Below, in pieces: positions 27,901 to 41,100 of a stretch of DNA of 64,000 bases. How positions within the stretch are numbered: the stretch's first letter is position 1; every line of letters starts with the position of its first letter. The DNA is from Antedon mediterranea. Its lineage: Eukaryota; Animalia; Echinodermata. Made by a program: the position numbers and the translations under genes. Where the stretch lies: NCBI RefSeq assembly GCF_964355755.1, contig NC_092670.1, forward strand, positions 3,214,201-3,278,200. The letters run 5' to 3'. The notes beneath the pieces were generated by a model, which was not told the DNA's origin, searched no databases, and was given only the letters and a program-made list of their open reading frames with translations.

Positions 27901-29208
27901 AAATGGCTTGCCTTACTTTGTATTGAATTACAGCGTAAAATGGCTTGCCTTACTTTGTATTGAATTACAGAGTAAAATGGCTGCCTTACTTTGTATTGAA
28001 TTACAGCGTAAAATGGCTGCCTTACTTTGTATTGAATTACAGCGTAAAATGGCTTGCCTTACTTTGTATTGAATTACAGCGTAAAATGGCTTGCCTTACT
28101 TTGTATTGAATTACAGCGTAAAATGGCTGCCTTACTTTGTATTGAATTACAGCGTAAAATGGCTGCCTTACTTTGTATTGAATTACAGCGTAAAATGGCT
28201 TGCCTTACTTTGTATTGAATTACAGAGTAAAATGGCTTGCCTTACTTTGTATTGAATTACAGCGTAAAATGGCTTGCCTTACTTTGTATTGAATTACAGC
28301 GTAAAATGGCTGCCTTACTTTGTATTGAATTACAGCGTAAAATGGCTTGCCTTACTTTGTATTGAATTACAGCGTAAAATGGCTTGCCTTACTTTGTATT
28401 GAATTACAGAGTAAAATGGCTTGCCTTACTTTGTATTGAATTACAGCGTAAAATGGCTGCCTTACTTTGTATTGAATTACAGCGTAAAATGGCTTGCCTT
28501 ACTTTGTATTGAATTACAGCGTAAAATGGCTTGCCTTACTTTGTATTGAATTACAGCGTAAAATGGCTTGCCTTACTTTGTATTGAATTACAGCGTAAAA
28601 TGGCTTGCCTTACTTTGTATTGAATTACAGCGTAAAATGGCTTGCCTTACTTTGTATTGAATTACAGAGTAAAATGGCTGCCTTACTTTGTATTGAATTA
28701 CAGAGTAAAATGGCTGCCTTTCTTTGTATTGAATTACAGCGTAAAATGGCTTGCCTTACTTTGTATTGAATTACAGCGTAAAATGGCTGCCTTACTTTGT
28801 ATTGAATTACAGCGTAAAATGGCTTGCCTTACTTTGTATTGAATTACAGCGTAAAATGACTTGCCTTACTTTGTATTGAATTACAGCGTAAAATGGCTGC
28901 CTTACTTTGTATTGAATTACAGCGTAAAATGGCTTGCCTTAGGCCTACTTTGTATTGAATTACAGCGTAAAATGGCTTGCCTTACTTTGTATTGAATTAC
29001 AGAGTAAAATGGCTTGCCTTACTTTGTATTGAATTACAGCGTAAAATGGCTTGCCTTACTTTGTATTGAATTACAGCGTAAAATGGCTTGCCTTACTTTG
29101 TATTGAATTACAGAGTAAAATGGCTTGCCTTACTTTGTATTGAATTACAGCGTAAAATGGCTTGCCTTACTTTGTATTGAATTACAGCGTAAAATGGCTG
29201 CCTTACTT
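24945..29208. repeat. Satellite array, 37-bp unit GAATTACAGCGTAAAATGGCTTGCCTTACTTTGTATT (36-bp variant common), roughly 115 copies
   Basis: Head-to-tail repeats without spacers; a few recurrent variants (GGCTGCC, CAGAG, TTTATATT). Confidence 0.98.
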
Positions 29209-29654
29209 TTTTCGGAGTTTATCATCATAATAATATAAGAAGTATGTGACGCCATTTTTTTAACAATAATATGGTAACATTTATAATGGCATTTGGAATA
29301 AAAAATGATTTTTCCCGAATTCAGGTAATGTTAGATTTCAAAACAAATGGATGATTCATTCTTTCACATTATTGATTGTTTCCAATTTTATACAAATGGA
29401 TGATAACTTAATCAAATTGTTCTCTTTTACCACTGTATATACAGTAGGTAATTTGTATAATTCCCTATGTTTTTTTAGGGCTATAAACTAGATTTATTAG
29501 TTTTCTCTAGCAGTCTCAAAGTATAAGATTGGCTTGGTCTTTGCATTAGGCCTAGGTTCTATTTATAAGAAAAATAGTGCTATTCAGAAACCAACCATTA
29601 TTCATATTACATATTGATTCTCAGGTATCTTACATTTTGAGAATTTTTTCATGC

Positions 29655-29965
29655 AATGTTGCTGATAGTATTCGAAAATCAACTTGTTGTGCTTGCCATC
29701 TTCGCATCTAAGTTAAAGCACTGCCTTTTTTAATGGCTTCCCAGCCTAGCAATTTGTCAATGATTACGATAAATACATTGAATAAAAGTAGGTTACAAAA
29801 CAAATAATGAATGTTGTGTATTCTTTGAATGGAAAGAATATTTCATTTGATAAAAAGTTGACTGCTCTATTTTCAATTTGGCCGCCTTGTTAAAAATAGA
29901 GCAGTCAATTTTTCAACTCATGAAATATTCTCACCATCCAATCATAAACATTCACTAATATTTGT
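29655..29965 (+). repeat. Unclassified interspersed repeat shared with ~48750-49010
   Basis: AAATCAACTTG...GCTTCCCAGCCTAGCA...AAAACAAATAATGAATG occurs in both. Confidence 0.7.
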
Positions 29966-32900
29966 AGTAGTGCCACTGCCACAAAATAACATACATAATA
30001 TTTCGAGGCAGTGCTACAACTTTGGATGCAGAGTTAAACAGTTATAGACAGCACGCACTACAGGTTGATTTTTTTAATGTGGATAAGTCAACAACCTTCT
30101 TGTGTGGCAAACATTCCAAAATATGTTCTAACAAGAAATATTTCTTACAAAAAACGCTGCTCGACTTTTTGATGTAAAAATTTTAATTATTGTTCTTCAT
30201 TAAATGATGCTATTTTGTTATTGATACTCTATTAAATAATTTAAGGAATAATGATTTATTATATAGTTTAACAATCGGTAGTACCATAAACATTTTGTGT
30301 AAAGTAAAATATAATCAGGCCCTGCTTTAGTTGATTTAGCTTATCAATCAATTAAATCCGTAATCAAAACAATCAACTTTTATTTCAGAACAAAGTCTAT
30401 GGCCTACTGATGTACAGAACAAAAATATAATCTTAAATCTCCATTCCCTATGTTTTTTAGATATAATTTAAGGTCACAAACAACATTTAATGTAAAAATA
30501 AATACTATATGGTCCTATTTTCATCTTTAAATGGTTAAAAATGTGGAAAACCGATTTCAATAATTGGAAGTGGCTCGCTATAAATCCCCACATGCACAAA
30601 TATCGAGCGAGCTTGAGCTAGTTATCCTCACATATCCGACCGCCCTAATAAATTTGTTTATAGATTACAATTGACTTGTACTTTTAACATTGCGTAATTC
30701 TTTCTATACAATTAACAAAAGATTTTAAATATTTACAAAAACAGATTAATATGGTTGCTAATATGAACAATTAAAACTAATAAATTTGATATATGACAAT
30801 ATAAAACAAATTGCCGATGAAACAAGCCATTATGATTAGTATAAGTATATATTTTATTAAATTCTGATTTCCTGAAAATGAACATATAAAGTTTGAAATA
30901 TTGAATCATAATCACCTTGGTCTTGCATTAGTTTCTATTTATAAAAAAATAGTGCAAACAAGTATGTTTTGAGTAATAAAAAGAGATCCATATAAAATGT
31001 TCCCAAGCTAGCTAAATCATAATTTTATTTCTAAAAATAAATTGTATATTAGAAAACTGTTTACAAAACAAAATAACAATTAGTAACTAACCTTAATTTC
31101 TTTGTGATAATCTACCAGTTGTTCATTCTGTAACCTACTATATACAGTGAGATTCAGTAATGCTAACATTAACACAAAGTTCAGTGTGATGATGCTTGAA
31201 AACTGCAACATGAACTTTGTTATTGATACAACTGGCCAATAGACCTGACGATTATTACCAAGTATGAAACGCCACAAAAGTATTAATTTAGAATATAATC
31301 CGCTACTGAACTTAGGTTCATCAAAAGAAAGCAGTTTGGATTATTAAATGTTGTATTGAAAAGTAAAAAAAAAACACTCATGCAAAGGTCCAGGTCATGC
31401 AAAGTTACATTATATTTACCAATCTTTTATTAAACATACATTTTAAAATTACATTTGAAATTTTTCAATCATCCAGATTTATTAAATAGTTAATTCTTAA
31501 AATCTTACTGATAATGGCGATTCTAATTTTCAGAGAGAAGTCAGGAATCCACTGCAGCTGATTCTTTCTGTTATTTAAAAGAAATCTATTATATTACCGT
31601 CAATAGTATGTATAGCCTGTTGTGTGTATCATTTATCACTATCTTTGTAGTCAATATCACTCTGTATCAGTAAAGTCAATATCATGACCATTCTTTTATA
31701 TTTTCATCAACACATAATTCATTATTATCAACATGACATCATGATCTTTGAGCAATAATTCTAAGACGAGTAGATCGCTTAGCCTTTTCATTTCTCTAGG
31801 TTTTGACATCAATTGTTTTTCTTTTCTAAAAAAGCAATTATTTAATGAATTACAAACATTCATATTTTGTTGATATCTTGACATATATATATAAATTGTG
31901 GAAATACTTAAACAAGGAGCATCATTTAAGTTCAGTGTTTGAATGTATAGTCATGCTATAATTGCATTATGTCATAGATAAACACAAGAAACCATCACAA
32001 ATAATATTCTGTACAATATAAAGCAAGTGCAATAGTTTTTTAGGAAGAATAGGATTATGTGTTTATCTATATTTGTGATGGTGCGGGTAAAACCAGTCTG
32101 TTAATAATAGGATCATTTTGACATTTTGTACAATTTATCGTTAATTACTATATTGCGTGGAAACGGCGACCCTAGTGATCCTATTGCATGTCACAATAAA
32201 AGTGTATCTTGTGTTTACTTTTGATTTCATACTAACCTCTTCCTCTTTTGTGTTTGAGTTGTGTATCTCATGTTTATATTACATTTGATTATCTGATCTC
32301 CCCAGGTGTCATCAGGAGATATGTTATGTTATTTGTGTAGCAATTATCATTTGTGATTCACTTCCCTCAACTTACCTTTGATTATACAATATTTTCCTCA
32401 AATGACTTTGTATTTGAGTAGTTTATCTCATGTCAATATTATGTAATTATCTCTCTCACCATCAATCAATCGTTTGATTTATATAGCGGCCATTCCAACA
32501 GTCATTGCTTTTGACACATGAGGATAAGAGACTTTGGCTAGTTGCTTGGTTACACTTATTTTTCACTGTACAATTTAATGCTTTTATGAATACAATAGTA
32601 AAATCAAATGACTTGTATGTATTTAAGTAGCATATCAATACAGAAATGTATTGGCTATTATTTAGGCCAAACATTATGTGTTATGTTAAACAACTCTCAC
32701 TTCCTTCTCTCAACTCTATACATTTTCCCCGAACTATTTAACTTTTTCTTTTTCAACCTATCCCACAATTGAGCTGTCTAATTTAAGTGTCCTTCAATAG
32801 CTATCAGTAGTATAATCTTTATTTCTAAATTTGAATTATACTATTGTATTACCACAAACGGCTTTTTCTGTATTCTCTTAGGTAAAAAACTGAGCATGCT

Positions 32901-34914
32901 CTCTTAGCCCATCCCTGTGCGTTTTACGTTTGCGCATTTAAAGTGTGATTAGTTAAGGACAAATTTTATTTTTAATTTTAAAACCAGAAACAACAGCAGA
33001 AACAAATCCGCCACTTACAGCTTGGCTTAACAGGTAGGCCTACAAAGACAATTACAACTTACGACGAAACAGATAAAGATTGGAATTAAAAATGTCGATA
33101 TGGAGGCCTGGACTAAACTATTATAAGATAAACTTAATCTAATTTAATGTAACCATTTTTAAGAACATTGACTCTACAAAAGGGAACACAAAGGATATTG
33201 TTGTTTCTTAAATTACGGGCAGGAACACGAATACCAAAATGGTAGATAAAGTTGCTGTCAAAAATAGAATTTTTTAGAAATATTTTAAAAGAAAATTAAG
33301 ATCATTGTGAAATAATGAAGAGGGAGATATGGTATATATATATATATTTTTTTATCAGCACAATTATAAAGATCGTTACATTTATAAAGGTTATTCTGAT
33401 TGTGGCTGATGTAGCGCAAAAATCTAGAGTGGAGTCGGTCAATACGTGAGGCTAAATTATTATGACTTATGACCTTATGACCAGACTGGTGGAGGGGTGA
33501 CACTAATAATACTACACTGTACCTTTTGGACTTACATGGCTGGGTGTAGGAAATTACCATTTTCAACTCGGAGAATTTGTTTGAATATATATATTAAATA
33601 TTTATAGTTACATTGTTCAGTTACTTTTATTTTCTTATTTCAACATTTTTTTGTTTGTTTCTGGATCGCACCGCATTTTGTAACGTGTCACGGATTCAAA
33701 AGTCACTAATAGTAAAAAAAACTTAGTAATACAGATGGGTAAAGTATAGTGTTAGGAATTGAGGTCAGCCTTACAAAATTAAAAATGATTATTGTAATGA
33801 AAATTCTTTTAAACAGCATCAATCTGTGTTCAGTCAGCCGGCCCCAACTATGATTGGGGCTGAGGTGGATGGAGATGTAGGTTTAAAAAGAATCAATCAA
33901 TCAATCAATCAATCAAAGTAACATTTATTTCTCTTGTCTTTCATAGAAAATAAAAATTAACAGTAAAAATTATTAAAATAAGAGGGGCAACATTCCTAAA
34001 AAGCAAAGCTTGTATAAGGCAGCCCATAGAAAATGAAAAAAAAAAAAACAGGACAACACGGGAACCGGAAACAGGACAAAAACAGTAATGAAGACTTTTA
34101 GATTCAGGGTACCGAAAAGACTAAATATCAAAACTACAATGAGTGAAAGGATAATTAAACATAACTATATAATTATATGTCATACAAAACCGTGATAAAA
34201 AATAAACAAAATCTATTCACAATATATAATTTGTTTCACTTTTATTTACAAAAATAAAGTATTTTATCCTTATTTATTTATAGCAATCAAATTTACAAAT
34301 ATACAAAACAAAAACATGAAATAAACAAAAAAGTAAATACAAAAATAAGACTTCTTCAGATAATAGGCGGAAAGTAACCTGGGTTACATAATAATCAAAT
34401 CAAATATGTAGAATACAAATATATATATTGTAACATGCAGTTGAGTGTACTTTGGTTTCATAAACTATATGACCCAATCATGTGACGACCCAAGACAAAC
34501 AAGTACTATTCACTAATGCTATTACTATTTGGAAGCACCGATCAACCCATAGTTTTAACTAGAAACTTAAGTAGGCAACCAAAGTGTATTTGTTTTTATA
34601 TTATGGATCAAACATTTTAACACACCTAATGTTCTAAAGTAAACTTTTTTTCAATTTATCCGTCACTTCCAATTTGAATTGAATTTCAAAAGGCTCTAGG
34701 CTATTTAAGAATGTGGCACTCTACAGGTTGGTTCAACTACAAAAAAAGCTGGATGTGCAGTACTTGTAGTCATGTGACGTCATTTATTATTTTTTAAACA
34801 ATAATCTAAAATATATTTAATTATATTTTAGATTATTGTTTAACAAATAGTTGGTTATTAACAATAGTAAATGGTTCAGCGATGTTTTCTCACAAAATAC
34901 TCCCATACCAATGG

Positions 34915-35442
34915 TTATTACCTCCGCCAAGGAGGTTATATTTTCACCCCTGTATGTTTGTGTGTGTGTGTGTGTGTCTGTGAACAGCCTGGAGGCCACA
35001 GTTTTTATCCGATTCTCACCAAATTTGGCAACAATGATCTATGCCCCAAAAGCTCGGACGAGTTCGAATTTGAGGGGAAAAGGTCACAACTAACTAGAGG
35101 CCACAGTTTTTATCCGATTCTCACCAAACTTTTAGCCACAATGATCAATGACACATCATATAATTGTGGTTAAATTTTGAAGGGTCAGGGTCAAAGATCA
35201 AGGTCCACAAAAAACTTTTAAAAAAGAAATAAAAAATAATAAAAAAAAAAAAAAACCTCAGTGGGACTTGAACCAGCGATCTCAACTGTGAGAGGCTGGA
35301 TACATAACCATTACACCACACTGTCACCCACAACTTTGTAGTGTGCAGTTAACATATTTACACTTAGAACTAATACAAAAAATGTTTAAAAAAATATTCA
35401 GGGGGAATTTTATGTAGGGGAATTTTACAGTACCCTCTAGTT
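34915..35442. mobile_element. Unclassified interspersed repeat with a (TG)n tract and a tRNA-like segment (35255-35330, minus); decayed relative at ~51058-51340
   Basis: Begins TTATTACCTCCGCCAAGGAGGTTAT; minus-strand A box TGGTGTAATGG and B box GGTTCAAGTCC. Confidence 0.55.
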
Positions 35443-35974
35443 ATTATTATTATTATTTATTCTTTCTTTATTCTGCAGGCACTTTCAGTGCACTGATTTC
35501 CAAAGTGGTACAGTAATTGAAAATATAACAAACATAATAAAATAAAGACAAAGAGTAATTGAAATATACATAAAAATAGCAATCAATTTTAGAAAACAAA
35601 AAAATCAGTTAAAAATGTTGAGTACTAATTGTATTTTGGAATGAAGTTATTGAAAAATCTTTAAAGTTAATTTTTAATTCATTGGGAAGTTCATTCCAGC
35701 TTTTAGATGAACCAATTCTCCAAAATAATACCCTCCTCCCCTATGGTGGGGCATTACATTTCAACTGGCTGTCTTTATAAACAAAACCCAAGTTAACTTC
35801 CCTTGCAAATAACTTTATACAAATAAGATAATTCAATACTGAAAGTTGATCCAGCATATTCACAAAACCACCAAAATTATCCTATTCCAATGGTTGAGCA
35901 GATTTAGCTCCTATTTATGTAACACTAGGATAACGTATCTCAACGTATCAATTTCTATTCTAGTCTTCTTGTAG

Positions 35975-36425
35975 CCTAGAATAACGGCTTGAAACGTATC
36001 TCTTATTTTCTATTTTAGGGAACACCCTAAAATAACGGCTTGAAACGTATCTCTTATTTTCTATTTTAGGGAACACCCTAGAATAACGGCTTGAAACGTA
36101 TCTCTTATTTTCTATTTTAGGGAACACCCTAGAATAACGGCTTGAAACGTATCTCTTATTTTCTATTTTAGGGAACACCCTAAAATAACGGCTTGAAACG
36201 TATCTCTTATTTTCTATTTTAGGGAACACCCTAGAATAACGGCTTGAAACGTATCTCTTATTTTCTATTTTAGGGAACACCCTAGAATAACGGCTTGAAA
36301 CGTATCTCTTATTTTCTATTTCAAGGAACACCCTAAAATAACGGCTTGAAACGTATCTCTTATTTTCTAATTTAGGGAACACCCTAAAATAACGGCTTGA
36401 AACGTATCTCTTATTTTCTATTTTA
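35975..36425. repeat. 51-bp minisatellite (~9 copies) inside a larger repeat, ~35925-36790
   Basis: Unit CCCTAGAATAACGGCTTGAAACGTATCTCTTATTTTCTATTTTAGGGAACA; one more unit at ~36605; internal direct repeat 36430-36545 / 36665-36760. Confidence 0.92.
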
Positions 36426-36965
36426 AAGATCCCTCAAAAATATCTATTTTCAACGAATCATTGATAGCAAAGCCTGTACTAATTCACGTATTTCCCTTCT
36501 GGCGTGATGACAGAGTACGACACTTAGCTTTATTATCTTTGTTTTCTTAGTAGTTCAACTGAGGAATTCCAGGAACATCGGTTTCTATTCTAGTCTTTTC
36601 CTATCCTAGAATAACGGCTTGAAACGTATCTCTTAATTTCTATTATAGGGAACACCCTAATATCGATTTTCAACGAATCACTGATAGCAAAGCCTGTACT
36701 AACTCACATATTTTACTAGCGTATAACAGAGTACGACACTTCGCTTCATTATCTTATTTTTTTCCACTCAGGAATTCTTCAGTTCGTTTCTTGTTGACGT
36801 ACACACAGCAGTGTTAAAAGAAATTATGACAATCTGAGGTAGGTGTGTCTCATTAGAGTGCAATGTTGAATGAACTATACCCTAACAGGGGTTGCTATGG
36901 TTATTTATGGTAAAATTTTTGTAATATTTTCCACTCTTCGGGGAGAGAGGGGCTATCCAGGTAAG

Positions 36966-37152
36966 CAGTGGCATAATGCAGAGGCCCCTGGTTTAGGAAA
37001 CCTAAGTGGTCCTCGGCCAAGTTCCAATGCTGGAAGCCTTGAACGTTTTAAGCCTTTTTGGCATATTTTAATGCCCATTTTTCCTCTGGGCCCCCATAAG
37101 CTCCAGGGACCCTGGGTTTAGCCAGTGAGCGCTCATAGCCATTACGCCACTG
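36966..37152. mobile_element. hAT-type MITE (187 bp)
   Basis: TIR CAGTGGC(A/G)TAATG; perfect 8-bp TSD CAGGTAAG. Confidence 0.85.
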
Positions 37153-37224
37153 CAGGTAAGTTGCACTCATAGACTACCAACACCACAGTTGGTTTGTGTA
37201 GTCTAACATGGGTCATTGATGGAA

Positions 37225-37429
37225 TGGAAATAAATTATATAAACTCGTCAATGCATTAACTTCATTAATCATTTTCTTTTCATCAAGTTTCTTAAATTCT
37301 GAATTCTTGAATTCAGTCATCTTGTCTCCTACTCTTGAACTTGAGCTCGCTGATTGCCATTTTGTTTAGATTTCCTTGGGCATGTTCGTTACACCATTCA
37401 GACACTGTTAACAATCCGTGTTGATAATT
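37225..37429 (-). pseudogene. Internally deleted, frameshifted relic of a DED exon
   Basis: After an acceptor it reads NYQHGLLTVSEWCNEH (compare DYNELLTEVSDWWKEH); another frame gives GDKMTEF...DEKKMINEVNALTSL (compare GNEMDKF...DKKMTKEVEALTTL). A stop lies between the two. Confidence 0.65.
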
Positions 37430-38119
37430 CTACAAGAAAGTAAATACAAATTGCTATGTTTTTGGTTTTATATATATAAAGTTATATAAATTTGAAAAAT
37501 ATAAGAAATAAAAAAAAGTTTTTATCAAAATACCATAACAATTTTTTAATTCAATAATTTAATTTCGCCATGATATTCATTGCTGGCCTAGGTACTTTCA
37601 CTTGTGTGCTCGCATCGTGCAGTTTATAGCGTAAGCCTGCCTGGAGGAGGCGTAGAATCTAAGACCACAGCTTTGATAGTCTTAGGCTTAGAATTAAACG
37701 CAACTGATTTGCAATAAGTTTATTGTTAAATTTTTACTCATGTTTTATGGCGTTCTCTTTCTGTTTTATAATTTGTTACCTTTTGTATTGTTACATATTT
37801 TTATATATCTGTAAAATGAGCAATGAATTTCCGAAAGGATTAATAAAAGATAATTTCAATTTGAATTTATATTAAGCCAGTGGTTTCATCTTGGGCTTAA
37901 GTCTAGGCTTACGACCTTTATTACAATCTGCCCCTCATATTTTCACCCATGAGTTAGATGTATATATACCACACTGTAAATAGAAAATTCCTCAATACAA
38001 TCGAATAACTGTAACTCACAATTAATAAATATTAATGTGAACTAGGAATTACAATTCTGCAATAAAAGTCTAAATAAGTAGAATATTATGACCCCCAACT
38101 CTATTGAAATAAAACATAC

Positions 38120-41100
38120 TTTCTGCATTGCTTTATGGTCCAGCTTCACTTCTTGATCGTTTACCTAAAAAAAAAAGATTTTATATATATCCATGTTGAT
38201 GAATACTATTACTATATAACATTGTGTGTTAATAAATATGTTGAAATATTAACCCGAGTCTTGATTTTTCATCAACATTATTTAAACGTCTAAGAGACAT
38301 TTTAAATAAAAAACTTAAAATATTAAGATTTAACTTGTTATTTTGTATTTTTCACATTTTTTGTTACTTTTTTGGAACTTTATATAACCAAACTGTAATA
38401 CAAGTTGCAAAATGGCATTGAAATCATTCACTAAATTACCACTCAGTCCACTCAGCTGTAAATGAGTACCTGGTTGAAAATACTAGGGAGAAAAAGCGGC
38501 GTGGAAAGGAACTGGCCACCCTACCACATAATGCCGAGGCTTAGTACAATGAGCTCCTAACAGCTCATTCCCCTACGTTCAGAGAACACGGGACTCACCT
38601 TTACCTTTTACCACGTCAGAACATAATCGTAACTGCACCTTATTAAACTTTATTTATATAGCAGTTTAATAAGTTTAATAAACATATTTGACTACTATAC
38701 AGTAAATGCTATAAAAGTATAGATTAGGTTAAAAAATATCAAAATCAATCAATCAATATTTATACCGTTTAAAGACGAAAACATTATAGGCCATATAGTA
38801 TTTATTTTTACATTACATTCAGTTTGTGACCTTATTAGATCAAAAAAACGTATACAAATGCTATTAAATAAGTACAATACTCAAAGTGAATTTGTAACAC
38901 AATGTTGACTTACAGATTGCAATAACAGAAAAATCACTTTTTGAAAAAAATGTAAAAACATACTTTCTGTATTTCTTGATGGTCCAGCTTCACTTCTTGA
39001 TTGTTCAACTATAAATAAAGTATTTTAGTACAGTATTACAACATCCATGTTGATGAATATAATATTATAAAGCCTTTTATCAATAATATAATTTGTTTCC
39101 CTAAAACCATTCAACTACAGACTTATATCATGTTATTTCTGCTGTATTTGTGAATGAGCTAATTATACTGCTTTGGTTTACCTTTTAGTGTTGTCAATGC
39201 CTCACACACAATTTATTCATTTTTAATTTTTTTCATTTCTTTATTCGAATTCATAAAATAACACAACATAAACAATACAAAGAATGAATTCAGGGTAACA
39301 CAAAAAAGTAACCAAAGGTCAAACTTATTTCCATTGTGGCCCTTAAGGATAAAAATACCATAAGAATAAACATTTACAATAAACAATAACACATGTAGTA
39401 ACAATATAAATATAAATTATAATCTTTCAAGCATAACCTCTTTGAGATGTTTATAACCTCTTTGAGGTCCAATCCAATTGTGGATATTAGGATAAATTGT
39501 TACTAGTAATGTATGGCAATGTTATAGTTATATATTATATATATATTATATATAAATATTTTTATAATTAAGCTTTCTCCTTGGCACCACCCCCACCCCA
39601 CCCCCTTCTCTGATTGCATTTTTAATTACCTTATTACTAAATTGTTTTCCATTACGATTAGGAGTAAAAAGTTATTGATTGATTAGTTCACACCGGAAGC
39701 ATTTTGTTAAATAATGGTTAGAATTGAACAGTGCCGGCTTCCATTGTGTGAGACTGAAAATGGAGTTTTAATGTGAATGTTCATTGTTTAGTTTATAAGA
39801 ATTATAATTCACATGTTTTCATTGTTCAGTATAGATATTCTATAGACATATGTAGAATTATGAACATTATTTAAGCTTGTGTCAAATTGCAATAGTGTAA
39901 CATAAGCCCCTTTCTCACAGATGTGCCTGCAATATACCGGTACAGTGCTGGCGTCGTGCCGGTATCGTTACCGGCATATACCCATTCTCATCGGACTATC
40001 GTGCCGGAAATATAACCGGTATATACCGGCTTTCTGTGAGAAAGGAGTCGGGCATATTCGGCCAATAAAGAGTCTCTGACAAAATAATTATTGAGGGCGT
40101 CCTTTATTGTTATTATTTTTGTCTAGCGATGATATGGCGGCGATTGTTAAGTTACAGATTATTATCTTCCTTTATAGCATATTTATGCAATACATGCTAT
40201 GTACAGTATATTGTGCATATATTATACAGGTATAGCAATTAATTTTCCGTCATCGGCAATCTGTAAAACACCTTAGAAGGCTGTAGGCCTACAATTTACA
40301 AGGCGACGAAAGGTCAGGCACCAACAAACAAAGAGCTATGGCTGGCCTAGCCTAGCGGCCTATATAGATTATGCTACAAATTTCTTCTTGTCCCCTTATT
40401 TTAAGCAGCTCTCTTATCTCATTATCCCTCCAGTTCGACATTATTATTGTTAATTGAATTGAATAGGCGCCAAAGTGATACACTTGACTGCGCAAGGTGT
40501 CAAAGCCTCGACGGGGAACCCCGGAATATAACGGCAATACGTTCTCACAGAATGCCCGTCTGGCATTGCGGGGAATATCCCTAGAATATTACTAGGCCTA
40601 GGTCTAAAGCAGGTCATGTCGATGCCGGCATGGTGCCGGCATGATGCCAAGACGACCCGTTCTCACAGAAAACCATACCGGCATGGTAATGGTATATTCC
40701 CGCAATATTCCTGGCACACAACTCTGTGAGAAAGGGGCTATATAAACATACTGTACGCTAGTTAGGCTGGCGTTGTCAGTTGGTTGAATTAGTTGTTTTT
40801 CTTTTTATACCTAAATTTAAAAGTCAAAGATTCAGGATGTCACCCATACCCACTTTAGTCCAATTTTTAAATAAACATCATAGGTCAATTTTATAAGCGT
40901 TATTCTCAAATTGGATTTTAGGTTAGAGTATAACAAATAATTAATTTTATATAAGCTTTAAATAAATAATCAACTATATTTTTGTGCAATAGGATCTTAC
41001 AATAGACTATTTTTGTTTTTTTGTAATATTATTTTTATATGGTTTTTGTTGCTGCTCAATATTGTCTTGATTTTCCTGGTTCTGCCCATAATGTTTTAAT

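Noticed and set aside
24945-29208. CRISPR array, or coding ORFs within the 37-bp repeat
   Set aside because: No unique spacers, no cas genes, eukaryotic context; the ORFs are by-products of the tandem unit.
35255-35330. Functional tRNA gene
   Set aside because: Only A/B boxes are recognisable, the cloverleaf pairs poorly, and it is embedded in a repeat.
35960-36382. 140-aa repetitive ORF (KIENKRYVSSRYSRVFP)n
   Set aside because: Translation of a 51-bp minisatellite inside an interspersed repeat; no convincing splice sites.
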